The notes beneath the pieces were generated by a model. The model saw nothing but the letters and a program-made list of their open reading frames with translations. It ran no database searches and was not told the origin of the DNA. Shown piece after piece: positions 17,521-27,695 of a stretch of 64,000 nucleotides of DNA (position 1 is its first letter; each line of letters starts with the position of its first letter). Source of the DNA: an uncultured Marinicella sp. Lineage in GTDB: Bacteria > Pseudomonadota > Gammaproteobacteria > Xanthomonadales > Marinicellaceae. The DNA is taken from contig CAYGPU010000002.1 in NCBI GenBank assembly GCA_964352015.1, positions 46,419 to 110,418 of the forward strand, written 5' to 3'. Position numbers and translations under genes: made by a program.

Positions 17521-20383
17521 TATCTCGATAAATCAATGGAAACAAGCCAACGAGGTCTACAAGGACCTTTTGGATTTGACGGTTGGTGAGGCCATATCTG
17601 AGCTTCATGGCATGCAAGATTTGTCAGATGAGGTTAAGAGCTTGGTGTTGGCTTTGGTCAGCTCAGGCAGTCAATCCAGTCAGTTTTTTAAACAGCAAAT
17701 TGGCAGTTCATTTCAGCCACCCGAATGGCAACAGTCAATGTATGCTGTCGGCGATGAACTGGGTGAATATAAGATTACCGGAGAGTTGGGTCATGGTGGT
17801 ATGGCCAGTGTTTATCAGGCACAAAGAAAAGACACTGAAAAGCAAAAGCCGGTGGCCATTAAAGTTTTTAATCGCACCCAATTAACCCCCATACTACTCA
17901 ACAGATTTGCGGTTGAGCAAGAGATTTTGGCAGGTTTATCTCATCCTCATATAGTTAATATGCACCATGGTGGCAGCAGTCAGTCAGGTGCGCCATATAT
18001 AGTTATGGATTTGATTGAACAGGCTCAGGACATAGATGATTACTGTCAATCTAATGCAGTAGGGCAGCGTGAAATCATTCAATTTATACTTGCTTCAGCT
18101 CACGCCATTGCCTATGCACATCAAAATTTAATCGTTCACCGTGACATCAAGCCTTCTAATTTATTGATAGATGTCAATCAACAGTTAAAGGTGGTCGATT
18201 TCGGTATAGCTAAACTGATGGGGCAGCAGGATGCGCCACAAAAAACCACCATTTTAGCCCTCACGCCCTCTTTTGCTGCGCCGGAACAAATCAATTCTGG
18301 ACAGATTTCTGTTACCACCGATGTATTCTCTCTGGCTGCAGTCTTGTTATCACTTTTAATCAAAGCCTTACCGTTGCCTGAAGACCGGTTGCTTAAATCA
18401 TGTGCCAATGATCAAGCGCACATCGAACAGTTGCTTAAGTTAAAAATAAAAGACAAAGACTTGCGGCATATTTTGAACCAGGCATTACAGCAAGACCCGC
18501 ACAAGCGTTACCGCAATATGGATTTGTTTGCGCAAGATTTAACAGCTTGGTTGGCACGAAAACCTGTCCAAGCTACCCCTGACTCTTGGTATTATCGCAT
18601 CAGTAAATTTGCGCAGCGCAGAAGTGCTTTATTTGCTGCTTTGACTGCGCTGTTGGTGATGTTTTTACTTGGGGTTGTGTTGCTGGGTTGGCAGGTGGAT
18701 AAAACCCAAACTGAAGCCAGGAAAGCCAATGAGGTTAAAGATTTCATGTTAGGGGTTTTTTCAGTGGTTAATCCCGATGAGGCCGTTGGTGAAAAAATTC
18801 TGGCTAAAGATCTGTTGTCGCAAGCCTTTGCGGAAATACAAGCCAAGGATTTTCAAGACTCAGACAGCAAGGCAGAATTACTGGTGGCGATGGGTCAAGC
18901 GCAACTTCAGTTGGGTTTGAACCTATCAGCCAGTCTATCATTTTCCGCTGCCTTGAAACTAATGCCTGATAATGTATCGGCGCAATTGGGTGAACTGAAA
19001 ATCTTGGTTGGTAATGATGATTTTCAAGCTGCCAGCTATAAAATAGACCTACTTGAGGGTTTGTTAACAGTGGATGATTCTCTTAAAGCCGACTGGTTGT
19101 TACTGAAAGCCAAGCTGGCTATAGATCACAACAAAGACTATGACTTGGCTCGTAATCAAACTTCTCAAGCACAAGAAATCTTCTTCGCTGAACAAAACTT
19201 TAAGGGTTATTTAACTGCTGCCAGACAATTGGCCAACATCATGTATATACAGTCCCAACCAGAGGCAGCAGCCAGTTATTTAGAGCAACAGTTGGCATTC
19301 GCATTACAGTATTTTGCACCCACACAAACCGTGGTCATGGCGATTAAAAATGATTTGGTTGAACTGTATAATGATGTGGGTGATTACCCTCAGGCCAGCA
19401 GGCATTCAAGACAATTGATTGATGACGTGATTGCGGTTATGGGTGATAAACATCCTTTTCTTATCCAGGCTTACCTCAGTCAAGCTGGTACCCAGCGAGC
19501 GACCGGTGAACTGGCTGCTGCTAAACTCAGTGCCAACCAAGCACTTTCACTGTCCAAAGAGTTGAATGGCGAGAAACATGAGTCCACTGCCAGAGCCATC
19601 AATTTCATTGCTGTTTTACATTATGTAGATGGTGAGATTGAGCTGGCTTTAGACAACATGCAGCTGGCAGCTCATTTGTTTGAACAAATTCTCGGTGATG
19701 ATCACCCTGAAACATGGGATGTTAAAACCAACTTAACTGCGTTACTTAATATGTCAGGTCGTTACGATGAGGCCATTGCTACAGTCGAGCCGGTGTATCA
19801 AAAACAAGTGGCTGTCTTGGGAGCAGGTCATAAATCAACCATTTATTCACAAACCATATTGGCCAGGTTGTATGGCGATGTGGGTCGTTTGTCAGAAGCG
19901 CAAGTTTTGGCTGAAGACATGCTATTCCAAGCCATTAATGAGTTAGGTATGGCGCATCCATTGACAGTTGGTGGACACTTTACCTTAGCAAAAATCTACC
20001 AGTACCAAGGTAAGTTTGACGCCGCCATTAAGCTGATCAATACCGTCATCAACAGCGAAAGCTGGGATGACAACAATGAACGTGCCATTGGCGCCTATAA
20101 CACCTTGGCAGATTTGTATCTGGATGAGGGTGACTTAAGTTCTGCAATTGATTTTAAGGAAAAAAGTCTGGCTGTGGCAATCAATCTATTGACTGAGGAT
20201 TCCCCCAGGGTTTGGGGTCAAATGTTGAACAACCTGGAATTGTATTTGACCTTGAAAAATTCCGAAAAAATGGATGACTATATCACCAAGTTGGCTGAAG
20301 TCTTTAATCAAAATGAAGTGGTTAGTGAAAAGCTGTTAACGAGATTTGAGCAATTAAAAGCAGATGCTGAGGGTATCAATTGA
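17513..20383 (+). CDS. Hanks-type Ser/Thr kinase with TM segment and TPR ectodomain
   Basis: GHGGMASVY, VAIK, HRDIKPSN, DFG and APEQ motifs; TM near residue 390; tandem TPRs. Likely start MSDIS at 17513. Confidence 0.92.
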   Translation: MSDISINQWKQANEVYKDLLDLTVGEAISELHGMQDLSDEVKSLVLALVSSGSQSSQFFKQQIGSSFQPPEWQQSMYAVGDELGEYKITGELGHGGMASVYQAQRKDTEKQKPVAIKVFNRTQLTPILLNRFAVEQEILAGLSHPHIVNMHHGGSSQSGAPYIVMDLIEQAQDIDDYCQSNAVGQREIIQFILASAHAIAYAHQNLIVHRDIKPSNLLIDVNQQLKVVDFGIAKLMGQQDAPQKTTILALTPSFAAPEQINSGQISVTTDVFSLAAVLLSLLIKALPLPEDRLLKSCANDQAHIEQLLKLKIKDKDLRHILNQALQQDPHKRYRNMDLFAQDLTAWLARKPVQATPDSWYYRISKFAQRRSALFAALTALLVMFLLGVVLLGWQVDKTQTEARKANEVKDFMLGVFSVVNPDEAVGEKILAKDLLSQAFAEIQAKDFQDSDSKAELLVAMGQAQLQLGLNLSASLSFSAALKLMPDNVSAQLGELKILVGNDDFQAASYKIDLLEGLLTVDDSLKADWLLLKAKLAIDHNKDYDLARNQTSQAQEIFFAEQNFKGYLTAARQLANIMYIQSQPEAAASYLEQQLAFALQYFAPTQTVVMAIKNDLVELYNDVGDYPQASRHSRQLIDDVIAVMGDKHPFLIQAYLSQAGTQRATGELAAAKLSANQALSLSKELNGEKHESTARAINFIAVLHYVDGEIELALDNMQLAAHLFEQILGDDHPETWDVKTNLTALLNMSGRYDEAIATVEPVYQKQVAVLGAGHKSTIYSQTILARLYGDVGRLSEAQVLAEDMLFQAINELGMAHPLTVGGHFTLAKIYQYQGKFDAAIKLINTVINSESWDDNNERAIGAYNTLADLYLDEGDLSSAIDFKEKSLAVAINLLTEDSPRVWGQMLNNLELYLTLKNSEKMDDYITKLAEVFNQNEVVSEKLLTRFEQLKADAEGIN

Positions 20384-20967
20384 TGCCCGATCAGCCATCA
20401 ATTATTTTGGCATCCGGTTCAATATATAGAAAGCAGCAGTTGCTTTCACTGGGTATTCAGTTCACTGTCCAAAGTCCAGGTGTCGATGAAACTGCCATGG
20501 TCAATGAAAAACCAGCTCAAATGGCTCGCCGCTTGGCTCATTCCAAAGCAATGAAAGTTAAGACTCAGAACCCAACAGCTTGTGTGATAGGTTCAGATCA
20601 AGTCTGTGCTTTTGGGCAACAGGTTTATGGTAAACCCGGGACGGTTGAGCAGGCCATAAAACAGTTGGAAACATTTTCCAACAACTGTGTCGAATTCTTT
20701 ACAGCCTTATGCGTTCTCAATGATACCGGGCAGCCACTGGTTCACGTAGATGTCACTCAGGTCAAATTTCGTGCTTTAAGTACACAGGAAATCAAGCGGT
20801 ACATTGAAACTGAACAACCTTTTGACTGTGCCGGAAGCTTTAAAGTGGAATCATTGGGCTTGAGTTTATTTGAATCTGTGAGCACAGAAGACCCCAGTGC
20901 ATTGATGGGATTGCCATTGATCAAGCTGTGTGAATATTTGCGTTTCAGTGGTTATCAAATACCGTGA
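20380..20967 (+). CDS. yceF: Maf-family nucleotide pyrophosphatase (YceF type)
   Basis: ILASGSIYR, IGSDQV, GKP and CAGSFKVESLG motifs. Confidence 0.88.
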   Translation: MMPDQPSIILASGSIYRKQQLLSLGIQFTVQSPGVDETAMVNEKPAQMARRLAHSKAMKVKTQNPTACVIGSDQVCAFGQQVYGKPGTVEQAIKQLETFSNNCVEFFTALCVLNDTGQPLVHVDVTQVKFRALSTQEIKRYIETEQPFDCAGSFKVESLGLSLFESVSTEDPSALMGLPLIKLCEYLRFSGYQIP

Positions 20968-21019
20968 ACCACTGATGATAATTCTGTGGCTCACGAATTA
21001 ATGGACTGAAACTGATTAT

Positions 21020-23074
21020 TTAAAAGCCATCTGCGAAAATAATATCGCTGCATTCAGCGATTTGTTCAGCTGAAACTATAACGTGGAAACGGGCCAATTC
21101 CTCCATGGCTTCGCCACCTTGATTAAATACCCCCCATTGCCCCCTGGCTTGGTTGTAATACACACCAGTTTTATATGGGTAGACAATGCCACTGTCATAA
21201 GTGACTTGGAATTGAGCACATGGCGAGTTATTTAACAATGGGTGATCAATCAAGGAGGAATCTATCAAGATATTGGCATCGCTGGTTCTATGTATAAAAG
21301 CATTGGCACTGCTTGCTTGATAATAAACGTTGAATTTAGACATCCATGGCATGTCGATGAAATTAGAGTTGTATATGTTCCATCGGCCTGTAAAAGGATT
21401 ATAAAATACACCCACAGGGTTGTCATTGTAAAGCCCTTCCCAGAGTTGAGTGACTGATAATATTGCGTTGGGGTTGTCGTTCAGGCCGCTGCGGTCTAAT
21501 TCGGTGAAGCTTTCAGAGGCTGAAATCGCATCCTCAGCCGTGTGGACATAATTTTGGCTGCTGGGGGCTGGATTCCACACATTAAATGCGGCATTTGTGT
21601 CCATTTGAGTGAGCTGGTCCTGGTTGAAAATTATCCATGTTGGGTCATTTCTATAAATCCCTGGGTTGGCATCATTGTATACGCCGTTAAAAACATCTTT
21701 TCCATTAGGATTTAAATTTTGCGTGATTTGTATTTTGGCAAACTCTTCAGCGTTGATGGCAGTATTTTCTATGGCGTTGAGGGTATTCGGATTACCTTTT
21801 AAAAAGTCTAATGTGCGCATATCACCGGCTTCATAGGCACCAATGTCTATAGCAACACCACCTGAACCCGGGTTGCCATTTTTTATTCTGACTAAGCCAT
21901 CGGCATCAATCAGAGGAACACTGGCTACTGCAAATAGTGCCAAACCATTACCTGCTTCAATGGCCGGTGAGCCAGGATTTAATCGAGCATTGGTTAAACT
22001 TTTAATCTTCGGATTATCAGCGATAAAGTTAGGCCCAGTGATGTAATCAGGGTCACTTAATTCATTGTTAAAAAACAAGTTGTTGTCGTTAACGATATTG
22101 ATGGTGCTGTCAGATAAGCTGTAAAAATTTAGGATAACTGGAGCACCACTTAAAGCCACAATATTATTGTACAGCTGAACGTCAAGTTCGCCAGAGCCTG
22201 TTTCTTGAAAATTAAACCCATCAAAGGCATTGATTATGGTGTTATTAATGGCATTTATTGCAAGTTGTCCAGCAGCAACTTCAGCCATGAAACCTCGGTA
22301 ATCATCGTCTATTTGATTGCTGTAAGTGGCATTGTGGGCAAAATCAATCCTGCTGCTGCCAGTCGATTCGGTGCTTTTATTAATGTACACGCCTGCAGTC
22401 CCGCCACCAATCAATGTATTGCTTGATATATCCAGATCTAAGCTACTTTCAGATATCCCATAAAGCCCAATACCAACAGATGCACTGCCTATAGATTTAA
22501 TCTGATTGTTATAGATTCTGCCTGTTATTTTGGATGTAGATGGGCTGTTAAAATTTCCACCATTATTGATTGAGATACCTCCATTGCCACTGCCGATATA
22601 ATTGATTTGATTGTAAGCTATGTTGAGTTCTAATTGATTTTCGCCCCCCAAGTTGTTGACTCTAAGTGAGCTAGATGGCAGAGAATTCTCAATAATGTGG
22701 TTGTTGATTATGTTTAGTTTTGTGCTTTCACCAGGAGAATTGCGAGCTATATAAGAGATTCTTCCACTGCTGAGTGTTAACCCTGAAATGGTGACCTCTA
22801 AATCGCCCTGTGAAGTACCAGAAATATCAATCACATTTCCTGCGGAGAACACGGGTTTAAAACCAGTGCCAGCGACAAGTGATATGCCGTTGCCGGTAGT
22901 CAATGATTCATTTATCGGTCCATTGGTTCGTATTTCAATCACCTCACCTGACGAAATGGCCTCAGCACAGGCCGTCAATGTGGTGTTACACGGGGCACTT
23001 GTGTCGGGCCAAATAACCACCGCCGCGCTGAAATCAGCGTAAACAGTAAGGGCAAATATAATTATATATTTCAT
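21020..23074 (-). CDS. Secreted parallel beta-helix protein with choice-of-anchor-Q-like region, three tandem ~80-aa C-terminal repeats and DIIFADGF tail
   Basis: Signal-like N-terminus, Asn-ladder beta-helix repeats, SPAIEAG...DADG...DIGAYE, and repeated H...IDHP.LNN.P.A...VT...GV.Y...W.IFNQ units. Confidence 0.85.
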   Translation of the reverse strand: MKYIIIFALTVYADFSAAVVIWPDTSAPCNTTLTACAEAISSGEVIEIRTNGPINESLTTGNGISLVAGTGFKPVFSAGNVIDISGTSQGDLEVTISGLTLSSGRISYIARNSPGESTKLNIINNHIIENSLPSSSLRVNNLGGENQLELNIAYNQINYIGSGNGGISINNGGNFNSPSTSKITGRIYNNQIKSIGSASVGIGLYGISESSLDLDISSNTLIGGGTAGVYINKSTESTGSSRIDFAHNATYSNQIDDDYRGFMAEVAAGQLAINAINNTIINAFDGFNFQETGSGELDVQLYNNIVALSGAPVILNFYSLSDSTINIVNDNNLFFNNELSDPDYITGPNFIADNPKIKSLTNARLNPGSPAIEAGNGLALFAVASVPLIDADGLVRIKNGNPGSGGVAIDIGAYEAGDMRTLDFLKGNPNTLNAIENTAINAEEFAKIQITQNLNPNGKDVFNGVYNDANPGIYRNDPTWIIFNQDQLTQMDTNAAFNVWNPAPSSQNYVHTAEDAISASESFTELDRSGLNDNPNAILSVTQLWEGLYNDNPVGVFYNPFTGRWNIYNSNFIDMPWMSKFNVYYQASSANAFIHRTSDANILIDSSLIDHPLLNNSPCAQFQVTYDSGIVYPYKTGVYYNQARGQWGVFNQGGEAMEELARFHVIVSAEQIAECSDIIFADGF

Positions 23075-23153
23075 AGTGTTTCCATGATGTTTAGAGTGTA
23101 TATCTATTAATTCGTATCCCCACCAAAATTTATGACAAAGCCATGCGATTTAA

Positions 23154-23338
23154 TTGAGGTTTTTACCCATAAAAGGTGTCGCTTTGAACATTAAGTTCAT
23201 CAGTGACTGCTTGCAATTGGTTTGGTGTGGTTGTTGATGGAGGCATCAGCGCAAAAGAGGCCAAGCCGAAACTTTCATTACAAGTGGGTGGCTTATTTAT
23301 AAAACCCAAGATCCAGCAAGAATTAATATTCAAATTAA
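23154..23338 (+). pseudogene. Deleted remnant of the 5' end of the CPBP gene (paralogous to 25676-26027)
   Basis: Colinear near-identical blocks (ttgaacattaagttcatcagtgact, gcttgcaattggtttggtgtggtt, ggcatcagcgcaaa, aaacccaagat.cagcaagaattaa) with internal deletions. Confidence 0.85.
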
Positions 23339-23356
23339 CGTTTTACAACGACCTAG

Positions 23357-23641
23357 AACACCTTGACTGACTTGTGTTTTGAACAGGGTGATGTCGACAA
23401 AGCCACAGAACTCGGGGACAAAAGCTTCTAAGCTTTGATAGATGTTTTAGGCATGGAAGCGCTAAGAACTGTGTTTCAAATCACTAAAACTGGACTTTAT
23501 TATTTAACCATCAATGAACACGAAAAAATGTAAGACTATATTTCAATGGCAGCACAAAGCATGTAAAACAATGACATACAGTTCATTTAAGATCAATTAA
23601 ACACTTTAAGTGAACTGATTGAGAAACAATTAAATGAATGA
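23357..23641 (+). pseudogene. Remnant of the TPR C-terminus of a Ser/Thr kinase paralogue
   Basis: Manual translation NTLTDLCFEQGDVDKATELGDKSF*ALIDVLG...YYLTINEHEKM*DYIS aligns with the kinase tail NTLADLYLDEGDLSSAIDFKEKSLAVAINLL...LYLTLKNSEKMDDYIT. Contains in-frame stops. Confidence 0.7.
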
Positions 23642-23791
23642 CTTTTCTCGGCTTACTCTGACTCGCAGCACTGTGTGCTGAGAACGATAACATGATACAT
23701 TGAGCCGCTTAACTGCTGCATTTAAGTGCTCACCAACTGCCGAGAGCCTTCAATGGCATGTAGACTCACGGTTCGATTCAATTAATCTCAA

Positions 23792-25596
23792 TCATTCAAA
23801 ATCATCAGCAAAAATCAAGTCGCCGCTGCACTCCTCTATTTGTTCAGCTGACACGATGACGTGAAATTCAGCATTATTGGCCATGTCTTCAGTATTTTGA
23901 TTGAATATGCCCCATTTGCTATTCAAGCCTTCATAGTAAACCCCAAGTGGGTGTGTATTGATGGTCAAGCCTACATGGGTTACTTGAAATTGTGCGCACG
24001 GTGTATTGTTAAGTAACGGGTGATCTATGTAGGTGATTGAAGCAAGCGTATTGGCAGTAACTGCTTTGTGTACAAATGCATTGGCGCTGGCTGTTTGATG
24101 ATACACATTGAATTTCGCATTCAGCGGCATGGCAGTTAAATTACTGTTGTTGATGCGCCATTTGTTTTGGAAAAGGTCGTAAAAAGCACCGACTGGGCTG
24201 TCATTGTAGACGCTACCTGCGCTTGAATCCCAAAGTTGAGTGACAGATAAGATGGCATCAGGCTTGTTATTCAATCGACTGGCGTCAACTTCTGTTGAGC
24301 TTTCAGATACATTGTTGGCGGTGTGTACAAATGTAAAGTTAGAAGGGGCTGGGCTCCAAACATTGAATGCGGTTCCCGGCGTCATCTGAACAAAATCCTG
24401 ATTAAATATGCTCCAGGTTGTTGAGGGGTTAAATACACCGAAATTTGAGTTGTTGTAGGTACCCGAACCGCCGTTATTGGGGTTCCAGTTATGCATAACC
24501 TGCAGGTTGGGGTTGGCTTGATTGTTGATGTTTTGATTTTCAATACTGTTTACGTGTGTATTGGTGTTTTGGAATGTATCTAATATACGTATGTCACCAG
24601 TTTCATAAGCGCCGATGTCTACTGAAGCACTGCTGGCCAACATATCTCCTTTTTTAACTCTCAGTAAACCATCCGCATCGATTTCAGGACACCAGAACCG
24701 CTTTCCTGAAAACTGAAGCCATCGTAAGCGCCGATAACGGTGTTATTGATTGCATTGATTTCAAGTTCTCCTGATGATACTTCCGTTACCAAGCCGCTGT
24801 AGTCGCTATCAATTTGATTGCTGTACATGGCATTGTGAGCAAAGTCAAAATCACTGCTGCCAGTTGAGCCTGCTATTTTTTCTATGTACACAGCAGCAGA
24901 CTCACCGCCAGTAATTACATTGCTAGATACATCTAAATTTGAAGTGTTGGCAGAAAATTCATAAATCCCTATACCTACAGATCCCGCTCCATCTACATCG
25001 ATTTGATTGTTATAAATTCGTCCGGTCATATGACCCGAACCAGGAATAAGGGGGTTGTCAGTTCCATTTAAGATAGCAATAGCTCCAGGCTTTTGGATGT
25101 CATTTGGAACTAACTCGAAAGTGTGTTGAATTCGGTTGAATGCAATGTTGAGGTTTACATCACGACCATATGTATTGACGACAAATAGTGAAGAGTCATT
25201 GGCAGTGCTTACTGTCATGTAATTGTTGGTGATGTTGAGGGTGGTACTGGAGCTGGTGTCAGTAGAGCCCCTGTATGATATGTATGCACCAGTAAAATCC
25301 ATGCCTGAAACAGTAATGACTACATCAGTTGTGGATGAATCATTAACCAACAAAGCTGAGGAGTTGGTGAATAATGGTTTGTATCCTGTGCCTGCTACCA
25401 GTGATTTAGCATCAGGTAAAACGATCACATCCTCGATGGCATCATTTGAACGTATTTCAATAGTCTCACCTGTTGGGCTGTCACTGATGCAAGCTTGTAA
25501 AGTGGTGTTACAAGGGGCGACTGTGTTGGGCCAAATAACCACCGCCGCGCAGAAATCAGCGTAAACAGTAAGGGCAAATATAATTATATATTTCAT
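23792..25596 (-). pseudogene. Paralogue of 21020-23074 split into ORFs 24661-25596 and 23792-24643 by a frameshifting internal deletion
   Basis: After GSG the sequence jumps to PEIDADGLLRVKKG...DIGAYE in another frame; about 90 codons present in the intact paralogue are missing at ~24690. The C-terminal ORF ends DLIFADDFE. Confidence 0.8.
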
Positions 25597-25675
25597 AGTG
25601 TTTCCATAATGTTTAGAATGTATATTTATTAATTCGTAATCCCACCAAAATTTATGACAAAGCCATGTAAGTTAA

Positions 25676-27109
25676 TTGAGGATTTCAGCCGTAAAAGGTC
25701 TCGTTTTGAACATTAAGTTCATCAGTGACTTTCTGTGCCTGCTTGCAATTGGTTTGGTGTGGTTATTAATGGTGGTTTTCTCCCATCAATTTGTCAGCCA
25801 ACAATTCAATCAAAACAATCAACAAAAATTTAATCAAATACAGCAACAAAGTTGGCATTTGAACTGGCCATTACTGGCAAAGTCGGAATTGGTTGATAGT
25901 TTTGTGGCAGATTGGCAGGTTGTTGATGGCGGCATCAGCGCAAACGTGGCCAAGCCGGAACTTTCATTACAAATGGGAGGTGCATTGATAAAACCCAAGA
26001 TTCAGCAAGAATTAAAAATCAAATTAATGGTCAGTCAAGCCATGGAGGCTAAGGGAACTTTTAAACTGGAGTTTTCAGATCAACTTCAACAAATTTACTA
26101 CCTATCTGATGAATTACAAGTCTCGGATTTGAGACATGTGATTGATTTAAATGCTTTGCGCTGGAAAATCGTTGGCCACAATGCCGCTGATTTGGAGGGT
26201 GAGTTTATAACATGGTCAAACATTCAAGTATTGGATGCCTTGGTGATTCGTTTCTATTTCCCTGAGGCCACTGAGTTAAAACTCGGAGGTATTGAGCTTA
26301 ACCAAACGCAGGAAAATCAATGGTCCAATAAGCCACAAGTCAATTGTCAATCGGTTGCACTCTCTGCAAAAACATGTTTGGTTACCAATCAGATGCGCTA
26401 CTTAGACATCCAACAAAATAGATCAGTCAGCAATCAATTAATTAGCTTTCAAATCATCAGTGGCTTACCTGCATTAACTTGGTTGCTACTTGCTGCTGGA
26501 TTAATGATTTTAACTTGGCTGCTCAGGTTTGATTTCAATCAAGTTACTGTATTTGGTTTTGTCGGAATATTTATTGGAATTGGATTAATTCATCACAATT
26601 GGGTTACCGTATACTTAAATTACATCCGATGGCCACTGTTGCTATTGATGCTTGGGCTGTTATGGCAACAAAGACAGTATATAAAATGGCCATCAAACCC
26701 AGCTAGGCCAGTTTGGGTGTTCACCGGCATCATTATTTTGCTTTTGATTGGTCTAAATCCCAGCGCTATAAAGTTCCAGTTATTATCAGATATACCACAG
26801 TATCTTTTGTGGGCTTGGGTTCAACAATTATTGATTGGACCATGGGTCAGTGGTTATCTATTCAGACAACTGAATGTTTCTAAAGGGTCAGTGGCTTGGA
26901 TTGTGGCTGTGCTGTTTTCTGGTATCCATGCACCCAATCATGTGTTGATGGTGGCTACGTTATTGGGTGGTTTTGCTTGGTCATATGCTTGGCTTAAATA
27001 CCAGAACATGTATGCCAATGCATTTTCACATGCCTTATTGGCCTTGGTTTTTTATCAAGTTATGCCCGATGCATGGTTGGGATCGGCCAGAATCGGCGTA
27101 TTTTTTTAA
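25676..27109 (+). CDS. CPBP (CAAX/Abi) family intramembrane protease-like protein with a large periplasmic domain
   Basis: N-terminal TM, ~250-aa soluble region, then multiple TMs with WVQQLL, FSGIH and HALL (degenerate CPBP motifs). TTG start is uncertain. Confidence 0.7.
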   Translation: MRISAVKGLVLNIKFISDFLCLLAIGLVWLLMVVFSHQFVSQQFNQNNQQKFNQIQQQSWHLNWPLLAKSELVDSFVADWQVVDGGISANVAKPELSLQMGGALIKPKIQQELKIKLMVSQAMEAKGTFKLEFSDQLQQIYYLSDELQVSDLRHVIDLNALRWKIVGHNAADLEGEFITWSNIQVLDALVIRFYFPEATELKLGGIELNQTQENQWSNKPQVNCQSVALSAKTCLVTNQMRYLDIQQNRSVSNQLISFQIISGLPALTWLLLAAGLMILTWLLRFDFNQVTVFGFVGIFIGIGLIHHNWVTVYLNYIRWPLLLLMLGLLWQQRQYIKWPSNPARPVWVFTGIIILLLIGLNPSAIKFQLLSDIPQYLLWAWVQQLLIGPWVSGYLFRQLNVSKGSVAWIVAVLFSGIHAPNHVLMVATLLGGFAWSYAWLKYQNMYANAFSHALLALVFYQVMPDAWLGSARIGVFF

Positions 27110-27122
27110 GACAAATAAAGCT

Positions 27123-27695
27123 TCATGCTTTTAACTTTTTGGCTATTCTGGCAATTCTTTTACCTTGGGCTAAACACAGTTGTTTTTCATTCTGATCAAT
27201 GCCGCGGTTAGACTCCATTTCTGCCCAATGCGTTGCGCCATAAGGTGACCCACCTGATTGGGTATAGAGTAAGGATTTTTCAGAATAGGGCAAACCGACT
27301 ATCACCATGCCAAAATGAAGCAGGGGAATCATCATGTTGATTAAGGTGGTTTCTTGACCACCATGTAGTGATGAAGCGGTGGCAAAAACACCGGAGGGTT
27401 TGCCTTCCATGGCGCCGGAAAACCACAGGTTGCCGGTGGTGTCGATGAATTTTTTTAAGGGTGAAGCCATGTTGCCAAAATAACTCGGGCTGCCCAAAAT
27501 CAGGGCATCACAGTCAATCATATCTTGTTCAGTGACTAGGGCATCATTGGGTCTTTCGGCATCAGGTAAATCAGATTCAACTGTTCTGAGCATCGCTTCG
27601 CAACCGTCCACAGACTCAACACCACGAGCCATCAGACGGGCCATTTTTTGTGTGTTACCACGTTTAGAATAATATAAAACCAGAACTTTAATCAT
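27123..27695 (-). CDS. wrbA: NAD(P)H:quinone oxidoreductase WrbA
   Basis: LYYSKRGNT, GSPSYFGNM, SSLHGGQETT and GGSPYGA motifs. Confidence 0.92.
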   Translation of the reverse strand: MIKVLVLYYSKRGNTQKMARLMARGVESVDGCEAMLRTVESDLPDAERPNDALVTEQDMIDCDALILGSPSYFGNMASPLKKFIDTTGNLWFSGAMEGKPSGVFATASSLHGGQETTLINMMIPLLHFGMVIVGLPYSEKSLLYTQSGGSPYGATHWAEMESNRGIDQNEKQLCLAQGKRIARIAKKLKA

